A DNA stretch of 62,545 nt, counting the filler, from Choristocarpus tenellus KU-1152 (Eukaryota > Protista > Phaeophyceae): assembly GCA_964200185.2 (NCBI GenBank). It is 10 parts of 10 records of this genome, joined end to end, with 100 filler letters (N's around TTAATTAATTAA, not from the genome) between each part and the next. Parts side by side here need not be neighbours in the genome. Positions count along the whole stretch, not along the records: positions 22,160 to 42,275 come from CAXNAD020000416.1; positions 42,376 to 45,849 come from CAXNAD020019789.1; positions 45,950 to 50,363 come from CAXNAD020014669.1; 7 more parts are not named here. The stretch is one strand, 5' to 3'. The translations under genes and the position numbers were made by a program. Shown here in pieces: positions 37,501 to 49,600 of this stretch (positions within the stretch are counted from its first letter, which is position 1; each line of letters opens with the position of its first letter). A model generated the notes under the pieces. That model made no database searches and was not told the DNA's origin. It saw nothing but the letters and a program-made list of their open reading frames with translations.

Positions 37501-40500
37501 GAGTGAGAGACAAGATTAGAGACGGGTAGGATGGTGTGATGCCAAATGAAGTTTGAGAAGTTTGCTAGCAGGGATGGCTTTAGTGTTGTGGCATCGTTGT
37601 TGGCACGATATGACTAACTATATCATGGTATAACCGATATATCTTGCACTGTCAACGATATACTATGGAGGTTGCGTCCAGGGTACTAATTATATTACAA
37701 CAAAGGCAGGAGCAACTGTTCAGGATGAGCCAAAGTATCTTAGAGGGTAGAGCCGCGTCCATTTGGGGGCCAAAACCCAATGTTGCGATTTTGATATAAT
37801 TTTGGCTATTGTGTTTGTTAGGAAGTGTCGATATCCTTGTTCCGGACAAACCTTTTCATGACGTATACATTTTACCTACTCCGAAATATTTGGAGTAGGA
37901 AAATGTCATGAAAAACTCAGAGGAAAGCCAAGCCCCAGATGAACAAACAGGGCAAAACTCGTACCCTCTAAGATACTTTCGCTCGGATGTATGAAAAATA
38001 GAGTAGGTGGTGGGTATAGTCCTGCTGTCCAGGGCATGGTGTGTAGCACTCAGTAACCGGCTGACTTTGTGATGTATAAAGTCAGATCTGGGTCATCCCT
38101 CAGGAGTGAAGGGTTCTGAGAACAGAAAGTCAATTATTCCTGCCATGAAGATGGATAATTTAATCCTGGACAGCAGTATTGAATAAACCACAGTTGCAAG
38201 GGGAGGTGTATTAGGCACTGAGGTAGACTGTGAGACTTGAGAAAAGGTAGAGCAGGGATGGTAGCTGTGGCACCTGAAAAGTGATCCACAGACAGTCGAT
38301 ATTTCAAACAACCTGACCCCCGCAGAAGATAGAGATGACAGAGACAATGCAGCTGGAGCTACAGCTGTTACCAAGGCTATCAATTTGAGCTGCCAAGATT
38401 TGTGCTATTAAATGAGAAAAACAGCTGCCTAAACTTCCGCAAAGGGGGGTAGGATATTAGGAGGAGGAGGAGGAGGAGGAGTCAAAGCCTCCACCTGTTG
38501 AGTGGGGAGGTGCCGCTACATCCAAGGTCCTTGGCATACCTCAATTATCCCCCCCACTTGGCCATCAAATATCCAGAGTCAAGCCTCAAACTACAGAGGG
38601 AGAAGGAGCCAAGTGGGCAACCCTTGGAGAACGAGGCCTTGCTATATATAAGATGTTTGCTGTGATAGCAGACTCCGATATCCCTCCGCTAACATGTGAA
38701 AGGGCTGGAGCTCAGCCTCTCTACTCCTCAGAAGGAGTCAAGCAGGCAAGCCCTTGCTATTCCCAAGGTGCTTGGCACAAAGGCAGACTTCCATGACTCT
38801 GGCAGGAAAGGCACCATGGCAAGGTAAGTGTGTGTCGGGGGCTGCCTGCACAAGACTGGTGACATTGTGGGAGTGAAGCTTCACAAGCCTGACCTAGGGA
38901 GAGGGAGCCTAAGTTTTCATTCAACTGCCTTGTACCCTCACATATGACCTGGCCTGTTGCAGGATCAAGAAGGTAGTGCCAGAAGTACCTCCAATGTGTT
39001 CATCATAGGCTGCCACACAGAAAGCTTCACATACCAAAGCAGAAGTGGGGATGTCACGGCATATTGCTAAGGCTGGTCAAGTGTGGACACCTGTCCCGCC
39101 ATGAGCTGTCCGGCTGACGGGAGGGTTAGAGAGGATCTAGAAGAGGCATCTCCAGGGCTGCATGATGGATTGATGGACATATGTAGTCGAGCCTCACACC
39201 AACTATATATGGGATCCAGTTGGAATAGTGAATCTTTAGGAGGTGTTACATTTATGAGGCTTTTGGGTGACCACTAGGTATGTTCCAATGCACCCTAAGG
39301 ATGCTACTGGTCACCCAAAACTCCTATTGATGCAGTGCCTCCTGAAGAGTCACCATGCCACCTCAATCCCACGCATAGTTGGCATGAGGTTGGACTACAT
39401 ACAATGCACCTGTGCTCCAATCATCCACCATGCAGCCCTGGAGAGAGCTCCTGTAGATCCTTGCCAACACTGTAGTCAACCAGGCAGTACATGAGGTGAC
39501 AAGATATCCACGCTTGACCAGCCTCAGCAATATGCCGTGGCATCCTTGGCCTTGGAACAGGCAAGACTGGGGGAGTAAGCTTCATAAGGCCCATCAATGG
39601 AGGGGAAGCTGTGTCATATTGACAAGATATAAATGTCAATTTGACCATCTTGTGCCCACAGTGACGCCCCTCATGGATTTCAAGGATACACAGCCTAGTG
39701 ACTGCTCAGAGTAGTTGGGCTAGGGAGGGTGTTCAAATAGACTTTTCCAAATGTATAGGATAATCCTTTACAGGGTCAGAGTACTGTGGTTATTGGTTGG
39801 TGAACCCATAATCTTTCTCACATGAGGGAATTATGTATGATTTCACAGAGTGTTCTTATGCCCCTCTTCATCTAAGTTCATGTTCATGTGAACTCTGCAT
39901 GTTCCACTGTGTGCATTGAGAAAGGATACTCCAAACTGACTCAGGTATGGTTGTTGGAGGTCGGTCATCTGAAGATACGCAGGAGATTCAACCAAATGAA
40001 ATCTTGGCTGCCCTCACAAAAGGATATTGTGCGTTGTTGCTGCCCAAAGAAAACAAGTACACAAGTACCTCTATGATATACATAATATGGAGTATTTCTT
40101 CCAATCGAATTGTACTAAAAATTGAATTCAAACTCAAGTACACTTTATTTTCTGAGAAAGCACCATAATTGAAGCATTCAAGGTTCTCCAGTGTGCCTTC
40201 AGTGGTGTGTCAACCGTTACCAGAGGTGTGTAGTTAGGGTCAGAGGTTAGTGTGGGCTGCTCATAAGCCTCGGCCTCACCTGCCCATGACGACAACCACA
40301 AAGTGTTATCAAACTGTCATTTTATGAAGGGGAAATATTGACACACTTATTGGATGTATAGTATACACCAATCTCGAAAAAATGGATTACAAAAGGTCTT
40401 CACTCATAGTGAAGGCGACGCAGGCAAGCATGGCACTCCAGCTTACCCTCTGTTTGCCTTGCATATCTGCGCTTAACTGGCACCTGGTATTAGTGATTCC

Positions 40501-41507
40501 TACTACATAGAACTCTGCCGTTATTCTCCAAATTCAAATTACACTCTTAACTGGGTGCTACTCAAAGTTGTACTTGGTAGCGTCTCATGAGTCAAAAAGG
40601 ACATTGAATATTGACATGGCATCTTGAGAGTTGATCAAAAGTATTAATATGGGGCTCAGGTGTAGAGGGTTGTTAGATTGTTTTAGGTACCTATAACAAC
40701 AAAATCAATTTATTTTTTTCACAATATTCACTTGAATGAAAAAACAGGGAATATATGGAAGTGACACAGCTGTTGGAACAGTATCACTGCAAAAGAAACT
40801 GCTGGCACTATGTGGTATTCCAAAACATACCATCAACAGTGCATCTGTGTTTTGATGGCAAAATATAAAACATGATACTGTTCAGTTGACCCTGAAACAT
40901 GCCATTAGCGGGAACCTCTGGTTTGTCCAGAAAGCCAGTGATTCTGCTATTTTCTTTTGCGATATTCTTTCCGAAGGAGAACGCAGAAACTCAACAACAC
41001 ATTTCAAGGCGCAGTACATAGAATTTACGTTAGACTCAAAGAGGCAAAGTCAAAATGACACGATAGTCTGAAGTAGGAAGGAGTCACCTTACATATTTTT
41101 AAACAACGCAGCTACAATAGAAAGAGAGGACGACACTCCTAGCTCCATGGAGGGCGCATCACTCTTAAGACTGATCCTTTGGGTTGGAGTACCAAAGCCC
41201 TAATTGAGGTCTCTTTCTTTGTTTACAGTACGTCCTTTCTAATATTCGAAATACAAGGGACAAACGTAGCACAACCCCACATATGAAACCAAACCAGCTT
41301 TGCCATATCTCTCAGTATCCTCCTTCTCACCTGATCCAATCTGCAAGGATATGAGAACGAAACTGACTTCAGTTCCACGAAGGATGTTGGGGTGGGCAGG
41401 GGCCAATCGCCCTCAGGATGTACCCCTTCAAGAATTAGCTCCAAAATGCGTTCACTAGACCCCAAGCTGCCCAAGAGATCACCGTACAAAGAGGTCATGC
41501 CTGAGAT
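25591..41507 (-). CDS. ABC transporter subfamily B (ABCB10/TAP-like), end of TMD plus complete NBD; 5' exons missing
   Basis: complement(join(25591..25663,27309..27479,29469..29629,33147..33392,34759..34840,36666..36769,41331..41507)), GT-AG with consistent phases. Motifs: [31 protein letters not shown], Walker [15 protein letters not shown]-loop [19 protein letters not shown], signature [21 protein letters not shown], Walker B/D-loop [17 protein letters not shown]-loop IGHHLST, GTHPELV....MYANLVSRQ*. Confidence 0.93.
26330..26712. repeat. Degenerate inverted repeat in the last ABC intron
   Basis: Reverse complement of ~26330..26413 (ttgcactatggcaccctccttcaccacaatcaaccacagtacaagatcac) matches ~26625..26712 (ttgcactatgccccccccctcaccacaatcaacctgcacagtacaagagcac). 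Confidence 0.8.
27908..27992. repeat. Degenerate (TG)n microsatellite
   Basis: Direct reading: tatgtgtatgtgtttgtgtttgtatgtgtgtgtgtgtatg... Confidence 0.85.
31235..31483. repeat. 48-bp tandem repeat, about 5.2 copies, intronic
   Basis: Unit CCATGTCCACAGGTTGGATTGGGTCTAGCATTCACTAACAT(T/G)TCCAGA, head-to-tail with no spacers. Confidence 0.95.
34108..34128 (-). repeat. Short interstitial telomeric repeat (CCCTAA)3
   Basis: gccctaaccctaaccctaacc in an ABC intron; a shorter ttagggttaggg run lies near 36816. Confidence 0.8.
36136..36370. repeat. Long imperfect hairpin (~100-bp arms, short loop) in ABC intron
   Basis: Left arm ctggcagtagggatgaaacatacaggtgtgaagcaccactatatg...; reverse complement of right arm ctggtggtaggatgaaatgtataggtgtgaagtagcactatatc... 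Confidence 0.85.
37727..37984 (-). mobile_element. MITE family A, TSD GGAT
   Basis: ggat|GAGCCAAAGTATCTTAGAGGGTA...TACCCTCTAAGATACTTTCGCTC|ggat; opposite orientation to the 13815 copy. Confidence 0.92.
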
Positions 41508-42802
41508 CTATCAGGCACACACGATATAAGGGCAGAGGAAATAAGAATCAGAGAGTGTAGTAGGGAAAGGTTGAAGGAGGAAGAGGGGAAGGAAATGGGA
41601 GGGGGGTGTTGAACACACACGAGCACAAAAAATTGGCAATCCTAACTTGATCACTACCAGACCTAGTGGTAACCAGAAGATGGCAAAGGAGTAGCAGGAG
41701 TCCGTGCCCTCTTCTCACTACACCATAAGCAAATTTTCCATGATCAAGACGGTGTGCGATAATTAGAAGGAGAAACTAGATATGCTTATTATTGTCACTA
41801 TTGTTACAACTGTGAGGTACCATCAATATTACTAAAATTTTAAATGTTAGTGATATTTTCCAGATGTTGTCAGTACTACCCACTATTTAGACCGGGACAA
41901 CAAGGTAAAAGAAATGAGAAAAAAAAAAAATGATTTCGGTCCACAAAAGATCACATTCATCAACAATAAAAATAACAACAATAACAGAACACGAAATGCA
42001 ACCAAAAAAAACTCGACAGAAAAAAGTGCTCTTTCCAATTCTTCGCTTTGCTTTCAAATCATTGCTGCTTGACTTAAAGTATTATTGATAGTGAAATATG
42101 AACTGTCATTCCAGTTCAATGATAGATTGCATGCAAACCTTTGCTGTGAATGAACCTTAGATCTCTAGAGCTAGTGACCCAAAGTATCTGGGGGGGGGGG
42201 GGGGGGGGGGGGGCTGCACCAGGGTGGCCATTTGGATTATAACAAGGAATTGTGCAAAAAAATTATCCCTCCGATNNNNNNNNNNNNNNNNNNNNNNNNN
42301 NNNNNNNNNNNNNNNNNNNTTAATTAATTAANNNNNNNNNNNNNNNNNNNNNNNNNNNNNNNNNNNNNNNNNNNNTTTTTCCTGGTTTTGGCCCAAAGGG
42401 ACACCCTCTGGTAGGCCCCCCCCCCCCCACATACTTTGGGTCACAATTCAGCCTCCCCTCCCCCCCCCATCCAATGCTTTCTGAGCGTGCAGGAGCAATA
42501 GTGCTTTCAAGGCATCTCAAACCCCCACTGGTAAAGTGGACAGACGGAGCGATTTGGTTCGTGCGGTGGACAAGGCTGGGGCAGGGGGGATGGGGAGCAG
42601 CGGTAGTGGGGGGAGTGGGGGGAATGGGAGCATGGAGGCAGCGCCTTGGTGGAAGGAGTTCTTTAGCCCTCCAACTAGCCTCATGCCCGAAAGGTGGGTT
42701 TGTCGAGGATGATGATGGATGATGGATGATGGATTGCTCTTTGTGTTATGGTTTGTGGGCAGTGTGATGTGGGGTAGGGCGGTAGGTACGATATTGGCTT
42801 CT

Positions 42803-42962
42803 TGTTGTAACTGTGTTGTAACTGTGATGTAACTGTGTTGTAACCGTGATGTAACTGTGTTGTAACCGTGATGTAACTGTGTTGTAACCGTGATGTAACT
42901 GTGTTGTAACCGTGATGTAACTGTGTTGTAACTGTGATGTAACTGTGATGTAACCGTGATGT
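42803..42962. repeat. 11-bp tandem repeat (TGTTGTAACTG/TGATGTAACCG), about 14 copies
   Basis: Direct reading; alternating variants give a 22-bp higher-order period. Confidence 0.95.
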
Positions 42963-43162
42963 GGTAAGAATGTATAGTGATTTGATTGATGGGGCAGTCT
43001 GCCTGGCCCTCGTGTATGAAAAAAAAGAATAGAAAGAGAGAGAGAAAAATAATTGTTTTATTCTTTTTTGTTTTGAAACTCTGGTTGTTCGTAGGGTTTT
43101 TAAAAAAAATGGAAATTGGAGGGGGTAATGTTTGAGTTCAAAGAGGTATAGTTTTGATTGTG

Positions 43163-43182
43163 GGTTAGGGTTAGGGTTAGGG
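43163..43182 (+). repeat. Interstitial telomeric (TTAGGG)3
   Basis: gggttagggttagggttaggg. Confidence 0.85.
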
Positions 43183-44557
43183 CTCAGGTGTTTTTTTTTG
43201 TGGGAGGGGGAGGGGGAGGGTTGAGGGGAGCAAGTCTTTGTTGATCTTAACTGAAGGTGTCCTTAGTCATTACAAAAACTTGGGGCAACAATTCAATTTC
43301 CTTAAGAAAATGTTTTTTTTGTATTTTTGAAATCATCTCATTGGTTTAGGTTGTTTATTATTTGTTTCTCTATTGTTTGAAATTTTCCGACACAGTTCGC
43401 AAATATATTCTGTACACGTTTGTTGCTGTTTTTTAAACTGAATTTTGAATGTATTTGTGAACGTTGTTGATAGTGCAACTCTTGGTAGCTCTCGTTTTAC
43501 TTTTGACGACTCGGTTGTTGCTACCGCCTGTATTCCTTTTTTATTATTATTCTTCTGATTCCCTTTCTCAAGCAGTGTGTACTGCCTTCCTTAGGCTCTT
43601 TACCTTTTTCAATGAAGGATCAGCGTGAGATCCCTCAGACTACTGTGATGATGGCAATGATAGTAACCATACTACCAGAGATTACCTCTTGATACATCTC
43701 AATTGTGTTGCCCTGTAGCCCCAGGAGTAGCCCCAGAGTGCCAAGGCGAAAGAACACTAGCCTGTGGGGAGATGCTGGCAGTGACAAATCAGGCGGAGGT
43801 AGCGGGGGCTGGGGTTCAGGAGTCCCTGGGGTGATTAGTGGAGCAGGGTCTGTGGGAGAAGGGTCTCCGTCATTGCCTGTTGAGGACACGCATGCCTTCG
43901 AAGGGTCTGCAGAGGAGGTTCTACGCTACACTATCATTGGAAAGGTGTATATAATTATTGTTGTTACAGTAATATTTTGATTGGTTGACCAATATGAATG
44001 CCTCTCTTGTTGTAGTCAGTTGATGAAGTGTGTTCTCCGCTGTTGTAGAGGTGTCTCGACCAATGAAATTGATTAGGTCGGTTGAATCCGTCCTGGATTG
44101 GTTGGATAGATACACAAGCGTGTTTTGTGGTCTCTGATTTGCAGATGTAGTGATGAGTCTTGTAGACGAAAGACTGGCTGCAGTTGGAAGGTGGGTGGGT
44201 TGATATATGCGTAAGGTGGTGGAGAGTTTTTTTTTTTTCATGATGGTTTTCAATGTGTCTGGGCCAGCCACAGAGTAGTCTGTGGCCACGGCCTGAACCC
44301 TGGGCATGGTAACTGCCCAGATTGATGAAAAAGGCGCTGTTACTTATCACTTCTTTTTTTGCTACTGTGGCGGCCCAGAGCTACCTAATTCGAAGTCAGT
44401 CAAGGAAGGCGAAATCACAGTTCAGCACACCCAGGAGGAACCGGACAGGAAGGATTCAAGGTGGTTCTGGTAAGGGGTCGCTGGTGGAAGTCTCTGAGAG
44501 ACAGGTGGAGGAGGCTACCAAGGAGCTATTGGACCTGAAGAACCGGTGTGTATGCCT

Positions 44558-44690
44558 GATACCATTGTTGGACCAGTGGTACTTGTGGTGAATGTAGTAC
44601 TTGGTATGTTGGTACCATTGTTGGACCAGTGGTTATTGTGGTGAATGTACTTGGTGTGCTGGTACCATTTTTGGACCAGTGGTACTTGTT
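44558..44690. repeat. ~51-54-bp tandem repeat, about 2.5 copies
   Basis: taccatt(g/t)ttggaccagtggt... occurs three times head-to-tail. Confidence 0.85.
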
Positions 44691-45949
44691 TGTACAGTAG
44701 TTGTTGCTGGTTTTCTTGGAAAATGGGACTGGTGATACTACATTGAGTACAGAAGTAAGTGGGGGGTTTTGGGGGAACTGAGAACCTTGGTGTCAAGGTT
44801 GGGCTGTCCTGAATTGAAAGAGGTACTTTGGGTTTTTTTTTAAATTGTGGATATGGTGTGAATGGAAGCTGTGTTTTTTGTTTGATGCCGAAGGGAGAGT
44901 GATCTCAAAGTACTACACTGGAGGTGTGTTAGATAGGATGCAGACTTTCCCACAAGAGTGGTTCAGTTGAAGGTTTAAGCACATATTGGAAGAGCAGAAT
45001 GAACTTCTCTTCAGTGGAGTGTTTTTTTTCAAGTTGGTTTGAGTGTCAACTTTTTCGTTTTTGTTTTGTTTTTTTAAAATCAATTGCGATAATAATAAAA
45101 AACATTGATGAGCATCTTGATTGTGATTTCATCAAGAGTCTGGTCCAAAGCAGTCTCCTGTTCCGGTTAATAGTTAATGAAAATAACTCTTTGCATTTTG
45201 TACTCTTATAGGCGGGTATGTTACTTTTATATTATTTTATTTATGTATGTTGTTGAGGATAAAGCAGTAACAATTTTTTTGGAATTGTAAGGTTACTTCT
45301 CTTGAGGAATATACTATTGTAACCCTAACCCCAAGTGTTAATCAAGGTGTTTTTAAACTCTCAATGAAACTTTAGCTTAGTATGTATATATTTGTTTGAA
45401 GGATTTAAAAAAAATATATATATTTTCGATCATCTTAAAAAAAATTCTGAATCTTTCTCCCTATATATATATATTAAGTTTTTTTACAGCCAGAAAAAAA
45501 TGATAAAAAGAGGTGTGACCGCCTTACCTAGTCTTTTGTGACTGCAGTTTTATTTCTTATTTTTGTGTAAAAGGATGGTGCTGATACATACAATTTAAAC
45601 CTTTTTTGCTTGTTTTTTTATTTTTTAAAATTATTTTTTCAGGTACATGGCAGCCACGCAGCACTGGCTCAAGACAGACATTGTAAACCACGAGGAGTTG
45701 CAGATTATCCGCAGGCGTGTTTTTGAAGCGATACAGAGGAAACGGGCGGACTTACACAAGGCTGCTGCTGCAGTGGAAGAAAGAAGGTCGTGCTAAAACA
45801 CTATTACTAGAAGACTCAAAGTATCTGGGGGGGGGGATGGTTTGTAAGGNNNNNNNNNNNNNNNNNNNNNNNNNNNNNNNNNNNNNNNNNNNNTTAATTA
45901 ATTAANNNNNNNNNNNNNNNNNNNNNNNNNNNNNNNNNNNNNNNNNNNN

Positions 45950-46600
45950 TCCCAGTCAATTTTGGGTCAAGCCCATCCTCAATGAAAAGCTCCATCCTCA
46001 ATTTTTGAAATCGGCTGTTATTTGTAAAATAGCCGAATTTTGCGCATATACAATACTTGTCAGCATCCTTAAAATGCAAAGTCTGGGTACCTTGACTCAA
46101 TGTTAGTCTCCACCGGACCACCTCAATCAGCTGGGAGACCATATCATCTCACAGTGCTGTACACCACTCCGTGGTCAGTCACACCAAGCACGCCTCACCT
46201 CATGTGATCCACACATGGTTCGCTTATGGTAAGGTACTTCAACATATACAGTGGCCTTGACAAACCTACAGATACCGTTCACAAGACCTAACTCCTGCCA
46301 CAGGTTGCACGTGACCAATATCTCTCTGCGTGGGTAACTAGAAAAAAAGTTTGGGGTATCATTGCTAAGTATTCTGACTAGCGCTCTGGTTGACGACTGT
46401 GTAGTGCTTGCTCCCCATACACCTTTGCCACTGGATTCCCAGTTGAACCGAGTCATAAAACAGTTTAATACACCTTCAACTTTACATTATCCTATGCAGA
46501 CACTCAACAATACACTTCCAAAATTGTACTACAGTTCAGGTGGGAATATCTGCTTGTAGTCATAGAGAACAGTGGTTCAACAACAGGTCGTCATGTGTTA
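45950..46600 (-). pseudogene. PIF1-family (Helitron-type) helicase C-terminal relic
   Basis: EILVTCNLWQELGLVNGICRFVKATVY matches the PIF1 VML..NLW...GLVNG..G.V..IVY motif; downstream WRLTLSQGTQTL resembles WA.T.HKSQG.TL. Interrupted by stops and frameshifts. Confidence 0.65.
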
Positions 46601-49600
46601 AGAGGAGGAAATATCAATCCACGAGAACCCCTGACAGCCTCCCTGCTGTGTTGCAGAATACCTATGTTGCCATCCTCAATGGGAACCTTTGACGAACATA
46701 CTTCAGCGTGTATCACCAGTGTTCCCTGATGATGTTACACAGTGGTAATAAATCGTTCCTAACCTAGCATGTGGACCTGCCAATCCAGGCAGACTAGAGT
46801 GATTTGCGCGTCAAGCACATTAACACAATAGCTAGCCTAGCCTCCTTCAGTTATAAAACACAACCCCTTTCCTCGACATCTCAAGCATCGCATGTATGTT
46901 TCACATATATGACACCATCATAATCACAATAAAATTAACTTTGCGTTTTTTGTGTACAAGTGGAACGATATTTCTCAAACCATTGATAGATGGGAAAGGA
47001 GTTGTATCTCACAGCAACGACAGCAAATGCAAAGGACCTTCAAGAGCTCAACTCGTGTACCTTGATACGAACAAACTCAAGCCTGGACTAAAATTCCACA
47101 CGACAGTAACGCTCCAGCAAACATCTATTGATCTGATACAGGCAGAACACAAACGTTTTCACGCTGTCCGACTACTTGTTGACTGCTGAAAGGTGAGGGA
47201 AGATCAAACCTTAACCCTAGATACACGAATGCTTTGCACTGCATCTTTCACCAAAACACCCTAACTGTACATGGCATTGAAAATATTCGAGAAATGGATA
47301 TGTATGGAATTCAATGCTTCCCCACCTTCCCATTGCTTGAAAATCAAAATCTGCTGCTCACTGACTCTTGATTTACAACATGGGTCGACATGTTACTCTA
47401 CCACCACAAACATTGGGAGTTCTCCAGTTGTGGCCTAGGCATCCCTCTACTTTGCTCTCCCCTGGCCTCCCCACAAAGCATTAAAACCATCAATCTTGTC
47501 ATTCGTTGGAGGTGCCTCCTGCACAGTCCTAAAATGGGCAGAGTTACGACAAGGAAAAACGGGCCTTGGGCTATATCTGTGACCCTACAACAGGCTCATG
47601 GAAGTGTAGCAATTTGATCTAGTCACACAAACTAGAGCAAACATGAAAAATAAATCTTCCCTCAATACACACACAGAATACCTACATACCGCACACCTAG
47701 TACCAAGCAGCACCACAGTCTAGGCAACGATGGGGATATCTCAACCTCGCAAGCCAGCCACACGGGGGGGCAACAAACTGTCCACCTCCCAAACAAGCAC
47801 CCAGCAGCCATCTCAGGCCTTTCCAAAACCCATCAACGCAACAACAAACCTCACCAAAGCTGCTCCTGCGCTGCAGGCCCTACTTGTCCAGGTCTACCCC
47901 TACTCCCACCCCCACGGCTTCCTCCCTCAAAGTCAGGCGGCAAGGTGGCACCAGGTGGGGCGGGTGGCCTTACCATCCGCCCTCCAATGTAAGTCTGACC
48001 AACGTAACCTTCACAATCCACCACACGAAAGCGTGCAGCACGGGCTTTGTTAGCCGCAGTGGCATCACATAAACCAAGGCTCCGGGGAATTGGGCAGGCT
48101 TTTCTCCCACCCCCACCCCTGTAACCACTACCTCCTTCAGAGTGATGTGGAGGTGGTACACCAGTAGCCTTGACATGGAGGTAAGCCCCGGCACCCCAGC
48201 TGCCAGAGCAGCATATGAGAGTGGTTTCTGCCCGTCCCATGTTGAACTGATACAAAAACGGAAGAGCAATTCGTTCGTCACAAACGGCATCAACAATGAG
48301 GAACCAAGGCAAAAAGAGGCGTGGTACTGACTCAAAGTGGCTCCTAATGTTGAGCAAGTTTCTGCGTGTGGGTGTCGGGAGGGCAACTGAAAAAAGCTGA
48401 AAACAAGAACTAATGGAAAGGCATATAAATGTCACTCCCTTACATCTTAAATTGCAAACCAGCACTGCAATAGCACTCGACTGCGCCGACAAAAGATACA
48501 GGAACATGCACCTCTGGTGGTCACATATCGTCACAGTTTTCCATTAACTTCTTCTTCTTCTTCTTTTACAACTGCCAACATGTCCGTCCCGTTTTGCCCT
48601 CCCCAAAAACACAACCTGCTCTGGCCTCCTGAGCCACGGTGATCAATGAAGAGATTGAGGTCTTCCAGAGCCAAAAGACAATTGCCAACTTCATACAATC
48701 CTGGGAGGATGGCAATGTGGTTACAAAAAGGTACGCAGGAAGAGGTGTGCTATTCACTTCAGTGAGGGAAACGGAAAGGCACGCACACTTGCCTGCCATT
48801 CCTCTCGTACCCCAAAACGTGTTGCAGTCACACGAAGGTATCCCAAGAAAGTCTGTCCCAACCACAGCCCGCTAATGCTGCTCTTCAGGCCATATATTCC
48901 TTCCTGCATAGTGTGTTTAGAACGCAGGGCATGATTGTGATAAGTTGGAATCAGACCCAGAAAAAAGAACCACCTGAAAGAAACACACACATACATACAT
49001 ACATACATTGATATCCTAACTTGCATCCATTGGCGCAGTGCTACAGATCCACGACATTATCAATGATAGATATGGACAAGATTCCAATTCCACTATATCT
49101 TTTTTGTTGGTGCAACCACCGGAACCTTACAAAACATTTCGGACTGTTGATAGTCCACATACTTCGAATAACTGCCCCCACCCCCACCCCCTCCTGTCTC
49201 GATCACACAAGAACAGCACAAGAGCTGCCATGTTCCTACCTCTCAACCTATTTAACACCCATGCCTAGAAACTAGTTCCATGCATACTACTTCAAAAAGG
49301 ACTGGTAAAAAATTGAAGTGGAAACGGGTGGCAACTGAAAGTATCGCAACCAACCACCGTTGCTCTGGTTCTTTGAGGGAGAGGTGGAAAATGCATGAGG
49401 TTTCACTCCTGCTACAAGGTTTGCAATACATGAATGCCAGAGCTCACACTAATGGTTGTGTTACAGTTGGTCCTTTCCATAGCGATCGCACCTCACACAC
49501 TATAGGCACTGCCAGTGATAAGAGTGGGGAATGGAAGATAGAGCTGGTCTTGTCTTTATACCCACGGATCTACTGGCGGGGTCTGGTGGGATGTATATAA

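Noticed and set aside
22521-41507. GNAT plus ABC transporter as a detoxification/biosynthetic cluster
   Set aside because: They are convergent neighbours on one contig, but adjacency of two common families in a eukaryote is not evidence of a shared pathway.
47851-48534. 227-aa ORF as a standalone gene
   Set aside because: No recognisable domain, non-ATG start, overlapping ORFs in several frames; more likely TE debris.
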